Program-made: the position numbers and the translations under genes
The notes under the pieces: generated by a model
What the model was told of the DNA's origin: nothing
The model's database searches: none
What the model saw: the letters and a program-made list of their open reading frames with translations, nothing else
In this document: positions 30,006 through 40,060 of the stretch, piece after piece
Layout of the letters: the number at the start of each line of letters is the position of its first letter
Numbering within the stretch: the first letter of the stretch is position 1
NCBI GenBank assembly: GCA_018992685.1
Contig: JACVGT010000018.1
Coordinates: forward strand, 256,001 to 320,000
Reading direction: 5' to 3'
Source of the DNA: Theionarchaea archaeon
GTDB taxonomy: Archaea; Methanobacteriota_B; Thermococci; Methanofastidiosales; SZ-28-30
DNA length: 64,000 nucleotides

Positions 30006-31313
30006 TCATACCTCTACGCGTTTCCACTTTTTCTCCATGAGGGAAAGATCAAGGTTACGCCACGCTGAATAGCGCCTGGTTCTCAGGTAGGGTGTCACCT
30101 GCTCATTCCCTGTAGAGATGGCCCACTGGATAAATCCACTTCTGGCAGGAGGGCCTGAAAACCGAATACGATTCTTCAAGTAGGACAACGCCTTCTCCAC
30201 TGTCTTTGTACTATATTCATGGTCCGCACACGGAGTGTGTGGTTTGGGAACAAAGGGAGAAATTGTGACCTTGGTACGCATTATCCTGGAAACCTGACGG
30301 GTCAGATCTACGATGTCTTGCAGGTCCCGGGATGTTTCTCCAGGCAGGCCCACCATGAAGTACAGCTTTATCCAGTGAGCATGCTCTGAACACAATCGAA
30401 CCTTTTTCAGGATTTCTTCATCTGTTATTCTCTTTCCCAGTGAGATTCGCAGCCTTTCACTCGATTCAGGAGCTATCGTCACTGTCCTCAAATCCGCAGA
30501 TCTGAGAATCTCTTCAGAAATCTGTTCAATTCTCAAAGAGGGGAGACTTATCCGATAGGGATGGCATATGTCTATGATTTCCAGAAGGTTGGAATGAGAG
30601 TCTGGTCCAATCAGTGACACTGTTTCAAACTTGGTGCACGTCTCAGCCTCCTCCAGAATCCCCTGTATATGGTCCAGGGGACGCTCCCTCTTCCTTCCTA
30701 TGCAATGGGAGACCATGCAGAATGAACACTGTCTCGAACATCCTCGCGACACCTCAAGTAAGAAGCTTCTGTAAAAAGCTTGAGTATATTCGCCCCACTG
30801 GATAGGTTGGTGCACAGGGTGATACTCCAGCTGAGAGAATCCTGCCTTCACTCTGTCTTCACATCCGGTAAACACCCCCTCAATATCTGAGAGCTCACCG
30901 TCCCTGTACTGATTCAAAAACTCTTCCAGGGACTGCTCAGCATCCCCCACAAATATATAGTCAATCACTCCCTTCAGTGGGAACGGGTTGTACGCAGACC
31001 TCCCTCCCAATATCTTCATCTTGTCTGGAAATTTCTGTGCTATCTCATAAACAGTAAAATAGTCCATTTCAAAACTGCAGGAAAAAGCAATAATATCAAA
31101 ATCAGCCAGAATAGAGTTAGATTCAATACTTTTCGGGAAATCCGTAAAAAATCGCTCACACTGGAATCCTTCCTGTTCATTGATAAAATTGTAGGCGAAG
31201 AGGAATCCTAGATTGCTGTTACCTGCTTTGTACACATTAGGATATACGAGAGCTATTCGGTGCTCTCCCTTCTTCCTTATGACACCGTACTCCAGAAAGT
31301 GCATGCTCCACAT
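30006..31313 (-). CDS. Radical SAM protein with B12-binding-like N-terminal domain
   Basis: YPNVY..GNSNLG, EVSRGCSRQCSFC, IKLYFMVGLPGET, PFVPKPHTP. Confidence 0.85.
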   Translation of the reverse strand: MWSMHFLEYGVIRKKGEHRIALVYPNVYKAGNSNLGFLFAYNFINEQEGFQCERFFTDFPKSIESNSILADFDIIAFSCSFEMDYFTVYEIAQKFPDKMKILGGRSAYNPFPLKGVIDYIFVGDAEQSLEEFLNQYRDGELSDIEGVFTGCEDRVKAGFSQLEYHPVHQPIQWGEYTQAFYRSFLLEVSRGCSRQCSFCMVSHCIGRKRERPLDHIQGILEEAETCTKFETVSLIGPDSHSNLLEIIDICHPYRISLPSLRIEQISEEILRSADLRTVTIAPESSERLRISLGKRITDEEILKKVRLCSEHAHWIKLYFMVGLPGETSRDLQDIVDLTRQVSRIMRTKVTISPFVPKPHTPCADHEYSTKTVEKALSYLKNRIRFSGPPARSGFIQWAISTGNEQVTPYLRTRRYSAWRNLDLSLMEKKWKRVEV

Positions 31314-31393
31314 GTGCCTCTATCCATAAAAACTCCCCTGTTGCAATATCGATTACCGAAAAGTTTATATACTATTGATTAGCAATATTGATT

Positions 31394-31483
31394 AGACCTC
31401 AGTTGTCTCCTACCTCAGGGGTCTTGCCGGGGCTTCGGCCCCGGTTCACACTCTCCAAGAGCATCACTCTCTTTTTTCTTTTT
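31394..31483 (+). ncRNA. Candidate small non-coding RNA (two hairpins plus U-tract)
   Basis: BRE/TATA GAAAAGTTTATATA at 31358-31371; hairpin AGACCTC/GGGGTCT; hairpin CCGGGGC-TTCG-GCCCCGG; T-tract at 31472-31483; no ORF. Confidence 0.5.
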
Positions 31484-31550
31484 GAAGAAAAGAAGAACTA
31501 GATTCTCCTGGATCCGCGTCACTGACCTCTTGAAGAAGGCGCGAATTCTC

Positions 31551-31991
31551 TCACCTCTTCTTTCTGAAGAAAAGCCAATTCTTGTCCGGTCTGAAAGCGA
31601 TGAGGCAGTACAGCCCTTTCAGCTTTTCACCCATGATGTTAATAACGATTTCCTTTTCTTCCCATTTCTCAGTGATATATGTACCGCTATCCCAGATTAC
31701 CACTGTTCCTGCCCCGTATTCTCCTTCAGTTATCGTTCCTTGAAATGTTGCATATGCTACAGGATGGTCCTCTGTTTGTACAGCCAATCGTCTGACACCT
31801 GATACGAGAGGCGGTTCCTTGGGGATGGCCCAGCTCTTGAGGACACCCTCCTTTTCCAGCCGCAAATCGTAATGGAGATGAGAAGCCTCGTGTCTTTGAA
31901 TGACGTACGTATTCCCTCTCCGTGCAGAGTTCCCTAAAGGTTCAGGCGTTTTCCTGAAATCCCGTTTTCTCTTGTGCTCTTCTAGACTCAT
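31551..31991 (-). CDS. Stand-alone LigD 3'-phosphoesterase (PE) domain
   Basis: [51 protein letters not shown]...WD.G. Confidence 0.93.
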   Translation of the reverse strand: MSLEEHKRKRDFRKTPEPLGNSARRGNTYVIQRHEASHLHYDLRLEKEGVLKSWAIPKEPPLVSGVRRLAVQTEDHPVAYATFQGTITEGEYGAGTVVIWDSGTYITEKWEEKEIVINIMGEKLKGLYCLIAFRPDKNWLFFRKKR

Positions 31992-32407
31992 GTGATCACA
32001 GCGTTCTCACTTCTTGTTCAGGTACACTCTCATGGGCACCCAAGTATTTACACGTTTTGAATGTCATACAACAAATGAGCTGGGAGGGAGCGTTCCTGAA
32101 CAGGTTCTTTGAGGGGGGCTGCTGTGTCATTGCAGCGCAGCTTCTGCAGTCGGGACATGAGAGAACCTCGTCCAGTTTTCAATCATATTGAAAATACTGG
32201 AATCCATACAGAAGTTCTACAATCTGACGCTAGAGCAATGAATGATTCCTTACCGAGACTCTCAATGACATTACGTTGTGCAGAAGTGGAAGAAAACCCT
32301 TATAAAGTACTTTCTGCATTAAAAACACGAGGAAAAGGATGAGAGACGGGTGTCTTCAGAATGTGAGACTGGAGACGCTTCTGCCTCTCCTCAAGGGAGG
32401 TGTGAAG

Positions 32408-32506
32408 ATGAGTAAAAGAGAACACAACCCGGGCATGAAGCACTTTCTGATCGAAGTGCTTGTCATTGTTCTGGCGTTATGGCGTGGGAATACACATTTA
32501 GCCTGA
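32408..32506 (+). CDS. Small hydrophobic 32-aa peptide
   Basis: Not in track. SD GGGAGGTG; MSKREHNPGMKHFLIEVLVIVLALWRGNTHLA; own TATA (CTTATAA about 32299) and terminator. Confidence 0.55.
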   Translation: MSKREHNPGMKHFLIEVLVIVLALWRGNTHLA

Positions 32507-32531
32507 TGGCTAGGTGTTTTCTTTTTTTTTA
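32494..32531 (+). terminator. Hairpin plus T-tract terminator
   Basis: ACATTTAGCC-TGAT-GGCTAGGTGT followed by TTTCTTTTTTTTT. Confidence 0.65.
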
Positions 32532-33023
32532 TATTGATGATTCTTCAGAGGTTTCTTGCAGCTCATGAAAAGGCTGCGCCAGGTTCAGGAGAGAATGCCC
32601 CTCTTACACCCTCCCAGCAAGACAAATAAAACCCCGTAACCAATTCTGCAGCTTCATATTGTACAAGAATAAGCAAGACTGAGAAAACACAACAAATTCG
32701 AAAGAATGTGTATAAAAATCTCATTCTCAAGCCCGTTTTAACATGGTTATAAAATTCGCACATGAAAACATTTATATGAGGGAGGAGGTATGCAGCAGTA
32801 GAAAGTGCATCGTGTCGCAAGAGGGCATAATCAACAGATCGAATTCCGAGAACATGAAGAAAGATCGTTTTTTCGATCCGGATGTAAAAGGAGAGGGTAC
32901 AAGGAAGGGGATTTTGTCAGGAAAAGCTTAAGGATGGTAGGGAGGTGACGTTCCACTTCCCTATCAACAAGCTGCTGCAGGAACTTCCACTCTCACTAGC
33001 CCCGTGCGTGCCTGGATCAACAG

Positions 33024-33818
33024 TTATTCAGCCTTAATCTCAACCCTGATTTCTTCCCGGTCGAGGACAATTTCATATCCATCTGTCCTCCAAACGAGCT
33101 TTATCACCAGTACAAAAGTGACCTCGTTGGCCCCCTGGGGAAGCGCAGCATCCAGAGTGAATCCCTTTGCCAGCAGGTCATTCAACCACAGTACGTCAGT
33201 TATTGCATATTCAAAACAGTTCCCCACTGGTTCGATATCCACCCTGTAAACTTCAACATGTTCATAATCTGTGCAGAATAGAATGTAGAGATTTTCCATC
33301 TTTCTGCTTTCTTCATTTTTTATGTATACACTGATAGGGACTTTTTCATGCTCCTTTGCAGAAATCTTGCCTGGGAGCAGCCCCGCCTCTATTTTGTCAA
33401 TGTTCACCACAGGCTTTCGCAGGACAAATTGAAATGAGGTCTTGGCTGTCTTCTGATTCTCATCTGCATCGAAGTACTTCACCTTTATCACCGCCTCTAC
33501 CTCATCATAGGTTCGCGTTTCTTTGAGGATATCGACAGCCTCAAGAGTCGCCTTAATCTCCTTAGCCATGCCCTTCTTTATTTCGGACAGTTCTTGCTGC
33601 TCAAAGGTGAGCATGGCAGGTATGTTGCTCTCCAGTTTCACCTGGAAAGCCGTGGCACTTCCTTCATTGGTTACAGTTATTGAGAGCTCATAAACATCTG
33701 AGACAATGAGCTCTTCAGGGGGACTTTCCACACTGACAGCGATTTCGGGGGAATCTCCCTGGAACACACACCCTGACAAGAGGACTGCAATGATGAGTGT
33801 AACACCTAGCCATTTCAT
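33024..33818 (-). CDS. Lipoprotein with CARDB/Ig-like domains
   Basis: Lipobox LLSGC; LSITVTNEGSATA beta-sandwich pattern. Confidence 0.7.
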   Translation of the reverse strand: MKWLGVTLIIAVLLSGCVFQGDSPEIAVSVESPPEELIVSDVYELSITVTNEGSATAFQVKLESNIPAMLTFEQQELSEIKKGMAKEIKATLEAVDILKETRTYDEVEAVIKVKYFDADENQKTAKTSFQFVLRKPVVNIDKIEAGLLPGKISAKEHEKVPISVYIKNEESRKMENLYILFCTDYEHVEVYRVDIEPVGNCFEYAITDVLWLNDLLAKGFTLDAALPQGANEVTFVLVIKLVWRTDGYEIVLDREEIRVEIKAE

Positions 33819-33936
33819 GTCCCGTAGTATGCTGGAACGTATAAAAAGCTTTCACCCGTCAGTCCACCCACCGGAGGTAGCATCTGCTCTCAGAGTCCAT
33901 GACAAATGATTTAAAGCATGACCCATCCACCATACT

Positions 33937-34617
33937 GTGACAGAAACAGTCCTGGGCGTCGTGGCCCATCCAGATGATGAAATCGGAATGGTAGGCACGT
34001 TGAAAAATCATGCAGACCGTGGAGACACTGTGGTCCTGGCCTGGATGACAGCAGGAGAGAACACCACCATGCTAAAAGGGACACCTGAAGAAAAGGCTGC
34101 AATTCGAAAAGACCAGGCAGCACGTGTCTCTTCTATTCTGGGAGTACGAACACGCTTTCTGGGATTCCCAGACTCGCAGGTTCCCCATACGGTGGAGGCT
34201 TCCAAGCAAGTCGCAGAGTTTATCAGGGAGATTAGGCCCTCTATCGTCATAACCTGGAACGATTTCTGGCAGTCAGGAGCTGGACATCCGGATCACCGGA
34301 ATACCTGTTGTGTGGTGAGAGATGCAATTACCTATGCACGATTCCCCGGCCAGCAGGACGCGTACAGGGATTTTATCAGCCTGTACCTGTACTACAGTCC
34401 ACGGTGTCCTCTTCCAGAAGTTTATGTAGATGTCACCCGCCAGGAAGGAATCTTTGAACAGGTAGTGGATGTATACTCCAACGTATATGGGGGGTGGCCA
34501 GTCACAGAATGGAAATACCTCAACCTAAAATTCTTTGGCATTCAGGCAGGATGCATGCTGGCTGAAGTATTCAATGTAGTGCAGAACAGGAAGTCTGCTT
34601 CAGAATACCTTGAGTAA
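33937..34617 (+). CDS. PIG-L/LmbE family deacetylase
   Basis: VAHPDDE and GHPDH motifs. Confidence 0.9.
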   Translation: MTETVLGVVAHPDDEIGMVGTLKNHADRGDTVVLAWMTAGENTTMLKGTPEEKAAIRKDQAARVSSILGVRTRFLGFPDSQVPHTVEASKQVAEFIREIRPSIVITWNDFWQSGAGHPDHRNTCCVVRDAITYARFPGQQDAYRDFISLYLYYSPRCPLPEVYVDVTRQEGIFEQVVDVYSNVYGGWPVTEWKYLNLKFFGIQAGCMLAEVFNVVQNRKSASEYLE

Positions 34618-34687
34618 TCAACAGATCACATCCCGGAGTCTCTCTGGTTCATGAATAACCTTTAAAATGTCCAGTGGAAACCCTACT

Positions 34688-35917
34688 ATGGAGACAGTCC
34701 GTCGTGTGGGAAAGGATGAGACTCTGCAAGTTGCAGGCCCAGCGCGAGTCACCGTAAGAACAGGCAGGATTCGCATCAATGGGGCCGAAAGAAGTAAGTA
34801 CATCGTGAGAGAGGGCCGTTCCTGTGTCGTGGAAGGCGTTCTGGAATCAGAAGTTAGTATTGTACTGGGTTCGGGGGCACGGGTGGAAAGATGTAGTCCC
34901 ACGGCAGCTCCTCGCATCTGGCTCAAACATGCTCATGAGATACTCCAAAGAAAAGGAGTAGTCATGATTATAGGAGCTCCTGACACCGGCAAAACTACAT
35001 TTGCCTCTTTTCTGGCCAATCAAGCACTGGAAAAGGGGATATCAGTCGCTGTCATTGATTCTGATATTGGCCAGTCTGACATTGGTCCTCCCTCAACGAT
35101 TGGGCTGGCCTTTGTAAGAGCCAGCATTACTCACCTTTCAGATGTTCCCGCTGATGAATTCTACTTCGTGGGTACCACATCAGTGAAGAACGTCTGTGAC
35201 ATGGTTGTGGGGCTACAAAGAATGGTGGAAAAGGCCAGGAGGGAGGCTGATGTGGTGGTCATCGATACCTGTGGATATGTTTCTGGTGACACGGGAAGAC
35301 GGCTCAAGGACCTGAAGCTTCAGGCCATCTGTCCAGACTTTGTAGTTGCACTGCAGCGAAACAGAGAGTTGCACCCAATCCTGAGGAGCTGGAGAGGGAG
35401 TGTGATAGAGGCAGAAATCCCCAGAGAAGTACGAAGAGTTCCCAGACACATTCGAAAGGAGATAAGAGAATCCAAATGGAAAACAGCATTTGAAGGCGCC
35501 CAGGAACGCAACATTGACCTGGAAGAAAAGATGTTGCACAACACGTATTTGCTGTCAGGGACCCCCACCGACACCAGGATATTCCAGAAACTGCTGCAGT
35601 GTCAGGTCATTCATGCAGAAGAGATTCCTGAGGGGTTCTTGATCGTCAAGGAGGATATGTTCCATGAGTATCAATCACCTTCCGTGTCGGTGACAGCTGA
35701 CACGCTGCGTGTCCTGGACGCTGGATGGGAAGAAAACCTGGTAGTGGGGCTGATGGATAGAGGGAGATTTGTAGATTTAGGCATTATGAAAAAGATCAAC
35801 TACAAGACCATGATGGCAGTCATTTCCTGCAGGGAACACTCATTCGATGCTATTAAATTCGGCAGAATAAAGGTGGATGAATCGGGACGTGAAATAGGGT
35901 TTATACCCTGGTGTTAG
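34688..35917 (+). CDS. Clp1/Grc3-family polynucleotide 5'-hydroxyl kinase
   Basis: GAPDTGKTT, DSDIGQSDIGPP, VIDTCG. Confidence 0.9.
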   Translation: METVRRVGKDETLQVAGPARVTVRTGRIRINGAERSKYIVREGRSCVVEGVLESEVSIVLGSGARVERCSPTAAPRIWLKHAHEILQRKGVVMIIGAPDTGKTTFASFLANQALEKGISVAVIDSDIGQSDIGPPSTIGLAFVRASITHLSDVPADEFYFVGTTSVKNVCDMVVGLQRMVEKARREADVVVIDTCGYVSGDTGRRLKDLKLQAICPDFVVALQRNRELHPILRSWRGSVIEAEIPREVRRVPRHIRKEIRESKWKTAFEGAQERNIDLEEKMLHNTYLLSGTPTDTRIFQKLLQCQVIHAEEIPEGFLIVKEDMFHEYQSPSVSVTADTLRVLDAGWEENLVVGLMDRGRFVDLGIMKKINYKTMMAVISCREHSFDAIKFGRIKVDESGREIGFIPWC

Positions 35918-35924
35918 AGAGTCT

Positions 35925-36983
35925 TTATGCAGAATTGGAGACCTGCTGCATCCTGCTGCTGACCTCATCCAGTTCAGCTACGTCTGTCCTGGTAAGACTC
36001 CATCCCAGAGCTCCTGCGTTTTCTAGAGCCTGCTTTTCGTTCTTTACGCCTACAATGGGGACTGCTCCCTTGCATATGACCCAGTTCAAAGCCACTTGTG
36101 CAGGCGTCTTGTGATGTGCTGCGGCAATGTCCCTCAGCACGTCCACGAGATGTTGAATCTGAATGATCTCGTGAGGTCCATACTGGCATGCCTTTGCTGC
36201 AGAACACGATGGCATGGCCAGAGAATATGCGTAAAGGGCCAGGCGCTCTCTCAGACTGAACTTGTGCACAGGAGGGTTTTCTGCAGTATATTTGCCTGTC
36301 AAGACTCCCATTGCCAAAGGACTGTAAGCGATGAGAGTGATACCCTGCCGGCGGGCCACGTTGAGCAACTCCGTGTACTCTGGCTCACGACTGAGGAGGC
36401 TGAATTCCACCTGGTTCGAAGAAAGACTCATTCCTCGTTCTGAGAACAAATCTGCAGCCTGGAGCATCTGATGCTGGCCACAGTTAGAAATGCCCACGGC
36501 TCTGGCTTTTCCCATCTCCAGAGCCTCAATCAGTGAATCCATCCAGGCCTCAAAAGAAACTGGAGGAAAGTGTTTATGAAACTGATAGAGATCAACCCTC
36601 TCCATATCTAATCGATTCAGACTATTCTCCAGGGCCGCAAGCAGGCTGGACCTTCGCAATCGCCAGGGAGATGGCAAGAACTTTGTACCAATCACTAGTG
36701 GCTCAGGACATGTGTGTGCGAACTGTCCCAGCAGCCGTTCTGCCTGTCCCCATCCATAGGCTTCTGCTGTATCAAAGAAGGTAATACCCTTTTCCACACA
36801 CACCCTGAATGCAGTCTCCAGGTCCTGTCTGGTATAGCTCTGGCCGTATCCCCAGATCATGTGGTCACCCCAGGACCAGGTTCCAATGCCCAGTGGAGAC
36901 ATTACAATGTCAGTCCTACCGAGCTGGACACAAGGAACGTCTGGTTTCCCAGGTTGACTCCTTTCGGCTGGTGTCGTCCTCAT
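35925..36983 (-). CDS. Aldo/keto reductase
   Basis: GIGTWSWG, FDTAEAYG, AVGISN, AYSPLAMG, TPAQVALNW. Confidence 0.93.
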   Translation of the reverse strand: MRTTPAERSQPGKPDVPCVQLGRTDIVMSPLGIGTWSWGDHMIWGYGQSYTRQDLETAFRVCVEKGITFFDTAEAYGWGQAERLLGQFAHTCPEPLVIGTKFLPSPWRLRRSSLLAALENSLNRLDMERVDLYQFHKHFPPVSFEAWMDSLIEALEMGKARAVGISNCGQHQMLQAADLFSERGMSLSSNQVEFSLLSREPEYTELLNVARRQGITLIAYSPLAMGVLTGKYTAENPPVHKFSLRERLALYAYSLAMPSCSAAKACQYGPHEIIQIQHLVDVLRDIAAAHHKTPAQVALNWVICKGAVPIVGVKNEKQALENAGALGWSLTRTDVAELDEVSSRMQQVSNSA

Positions 36984-37014
36984 TTCTTGTCCCTCCTTCT
37001 AACAGGATCTCTTC

Positions 37015-37653
37015 CTAGGTTCTTTCAACAGGGACTTTGGGAACTCTGAACACGTCGAACTTGTCTCCCATGGCCCGACACTCGATTTCCTGTATATCAA
37101 AGGTGTGTCCAGTAATCCACTCCATAAGGTACTGAAGTCTTCCCACACACGTTGCACACATGGGTGTATCAGACGTAATCCCTTTGCTCTCAAAATTGTC
37201 CTTATCGATGAGCAGGAAGCAGGTTTCCTCTTCTCTGACCTCCATACGGGGGCTGTACTCTGGAGAAGGCTGCCTTCGATCATATTCCTCTGCGAATTTT
37301 CCCAGGGCAAGACTGATACGCTTCTTCCCAGGGACAAAGCGAGTGGAAAGTTTGAGTGCTTTCGAAATGGTGGGGCGTTTTGTGACACCGATACGAATGA
37401 ATTCTTTCCCGATACGCAGCTGAAGGCTGCGGGCACCTTTTCGACCAAAGAGTTCAAGAAGAGCAAGATATAATCCGTGAAGATCCTCAAGAGGAATCTC
37501 AAGGTTGTCATTGTCCGGTGGAGGAGATGTAATATACTGTTCCAGGTGGGCAAAGTTCAATAATGATTTTACCCCATTGACTCCAATAACACTCTCCAGC
37601 GTTTCCAGCCACAGCTTTAGAGTTATGTTATCAGTTTTTGCTTCTTCGGGCAC
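37015..37653 (-). CDS. V4R (4-vinyl reductase) domain protein
   Basis: PMCATCVG...EW.TG....QEIECRAMGD...F. Confidence 0.8.
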   Translation of the reverse strand: MPEEAKTDNITLKLWLETLESVIGVNGVKSLLNFAHLEQYITSPPPDNDNLEIPLEDLHGLYLALLELFGRKGARSLQLRIGKEFIRIGVTKRPTISKALKLSTRFVPGKKRISLALGKFAEEYDRRQPSPEYSPRMEVREEETCFLLIDKDNFESKGITSDTPMCATCVGRLQYLMEWITGHTFDIQEIECRAMGDKFDVFRVPKVPVERT

Positions 37654-38072
37654 AGATTTTCACCTCGTTAATGCTTCTGGCTCATGACCCTGTTGAAGAG
37701 ATGAGCTCCTATTCCGTCTGACCGCTCGTCCCATGTCCTTCCTCCTCCCAAGATGACCAAGCGATCGACCTGTGCTATTGTTACGCAATAACATAAAAGG
37801 TTATCTATCAAACGACAGGTTGATGCTAAGATTTCGTCCTCTTGCCGTAGATATCTGAGCTACACGAAAGAAAATCCAGTTTCTCCGGAAACTCATGGAA
37901 CTACGACGATTTCTGATCTGTTCACTTCATTGCCTGAAATATTGCCCGGAATTCAACAGGGAGATGGCCCTAGTTCATCAGTGTTCCCCCTCAGGGATAC
38001 GATGTCACCTGAGCTTCACGTTCAGAGCAGTCTTATGACATTACGTGCATCTCATGAAGATCAAGAACTGGA

Positions 38073-39206
38073 CTACTGGCTTGCAGCAGTCAAGATCTCC
38101 AGGCACCCTTGAATATCAACTTTTCGAGGATTTGAATCATTAGAATTGTTTTGAACAGATCTCCGGGCAATCTCTGGAAAATCATCCTCGGGAATATGCA
38201 GACTGGAAAAGGGAGGAATACACAATTCCTGTGACAGGGATTGTATCTTCTGGACAAGAGCTCTTGCAGCACGTGTGTCATTGGGATCTGTGACTCCTAA
38301 TGCTCGAGCAATAGATGCATATCTTTCTTCTGAGACAGAAAGGTTGTATCCCATTACCACAGGGAGGAACATGGAATTCGCCACACCATGAGGTACATCA
38401 TACAGCCCGCCAATTGTTTCAGCTATGCAGTGTACTGCTCCCACGTCACTGTTCCCGAAGGCCATCCCTGCCAGCGTACTTCCCATCATCATGGATTCTC
38501 GTCCTTCTCTCTGAGATTGGTTCCTGTAGACAGCAAGAAGAGAACCAGAGATGAGAGTTATGGCTTCCAAGGCCAACGCATCTGTGATTACCGTCCGCGG
38601 AATCACTGTGTACGCTTCCACCGCATGGGTTAGGGCATCCATTCCAGTGGAGGCAATGAGTGGCTGAGGGAGAGAACACAGCACGTCAGGATCAACAAGG
38701 GCTATCCCGGGATACATGTCAGGACCCTTTATGCTCATTTTGAACCGTCTCCTGACGTCAGTGATAACAGATACCCATGTCACTTCGCTTCCTGTGCCGC
38801 AGGTTGTGGGAATGGCTATCATGGGGAGAGGAGGATTCTTGTATTTCTGTCTGCCTTCATAGTCTTCAATTGAACCAGGGTTGGTACCAAGCAGAGCAAC
38901 AGCTTTGGCTGCATCCAGGGAACTTCCTCCGCCCATTCCAATGACAAGGTCAGGGTGGAGCGAGCGGACTACTTCACCTCCTGCGTTGATGGTGGTGGAT
39001 TTGGGATTCGGTTCTACAGAGTCGAATGTATCCACATGAAAGGAATTCTCGAGTTGGGAAAAGACGGGTTCTGCAATGCCAGAGGAGATTATTCCTTTGT
39101 CTGTCACAATCAGAAGAGTAGAAGCACTCATATCTTTGATAATGGCGTTCAGTTGAGAAAGAACTCCACATCCGAACACAATCTTTGTTGGCATATGGAA
39201 CTGCAT
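38073..39206 (-). CDS. Iron-containing alcohol dehydrogenase
   Basis: GGGSSLDAAK, IPTTCGTGSE, DALTHAVEA, HGVAN. Confidence 0.95.
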   Translation of the reverse strand: MQFHMPTKIVFGCGVLSQLNAIIKDMSASTLLIVTDKGIISSGIAEPVFSQLENSFHVDTFDSVEPNPKSTTINAGGEVVRSLHPDLVIGMGGGSSLDAAKAVALLGTNPGSIEDYEGRQKYKNPPLPMIAIPTTCGTGSEVTWVSVITDVRRRFKMSIKGPDMYPGIALVDPDVLCSLPQPLIASTGMDALTHAVEAYTVIPRTVITDALALEAITLISGSLLAVYRNQSQREGRESMMMGSTLAGMAFGNSDVGAVHCIAETIGGLYDVPHGVANSMFLPVVMGYNLSVSEERYASIARALGVTDPNDTRAARALVQKIQSLSQELCIPPFSSLHIPEDDFPEIARRSVQNNSNDSNPRKVDIQGCLEILTAASQ

Positions 39207-39380
39207 GCGCGTCACCTCATCTAGTAACCCTGGGATACTAAAGAAAGTTTCTCTCCACTACAGGAATGAACGAGAAAGGGGTGCCCGGTTGGATAGTGTA
39301 GGGAGTCATAGAAGTGAATAAGGAAAAAAAAGGATCAGCAGGTTGAGTGCTGGTGGTTTCCCAAGAACACCAGAATCCTG

Positions 39381-39782
39381 CTAGGTTCCCTTTTTCAGAA
39401 ATTTCGACCTTTTGAGATACAGGAAGCCAATCGATATGACAGGCACAACGAAGCCGATGGCTGCTGTTTTCTGTATTGTGTAACCCCAGATATCAAAGAC
39501 GATCGTTACAGCACCGATCAAGAGGATCGCCCAGAATCCCCACTTTTTTCCCCGCCACAGTCCATATGCTGCAAAAAGCCCTGAAATTCCCAAAAAGAAG
39601 AACATCGCATGGAGCACAAGAGCTGTCGCCGCAGAAACAGGTACATCCAGAAATTGGTCAATTCCTCCTGAGAGACCGGCACCTGCAAATAGGAGCCTGC
39701 CGCAAGCCTGCAGAAAATTGAGAAGAGAGACCAAGAGACGGCTTTTCCCTGTGTTTTCAACGTTTTTCACATTTGTTTTCAT
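39381..39782 (-). CDS. Small 4-TM membrane protein
   Basis: Hydrophobic helices; AYGLWRGKKWG motif. Confidence 0.7.
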   Translation of the reverse strand: MKTNVKNVENTGKSRLLVSLLNFLQACGRLLFAGAGLSGGIDQFLDVPVSAATALVLHAMFFFLGISGLFAAYGLWRGKKWGFWAILLIGAVTIVFDIWGYTIQKTAAIGFVVPVISIGFLYLKRSKFLKKGT

Positions 39783-40060
39783 TCACGTCACCCTGTGTGT
39801 CTTTCAACAGTAGGTGTAAGGGAATCCATCTTTAAAAGGATTCGTGGAACGGGGGTCGGCGACGATTTCTTGTACAGGAGAACCCTCCTTCATGATATCA
39901 CGACTTTGGGCAGCCCGAGATAAGAAAGAAAAGGGAAAATAGTGAAAGAGAACAAGGCGGCTCTAGTCGATCTAGTGGCTGCTTCTGCCTCGGACTGGAA
40001 CCCTGCAGCGGTCTGAACGTAGCTGAACCCCACAGCGTAAGATCAGCTCTGGAGGGACTG

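Noticed and set aside
32936-32965. 12-bp hairpin containing GGAGGTG
   Set aside because: No downstream ORF or clear transcript boundaries; it may just be a terminator-associated structure for the lipoprotein gene.
39940-40050. Structured GC-rich segment downstream of the DUF885 gene as an ncRNA
   Set aside because: Only one modest hairpin before a T-rich tract; no promoter or recognisable RNA family motif.
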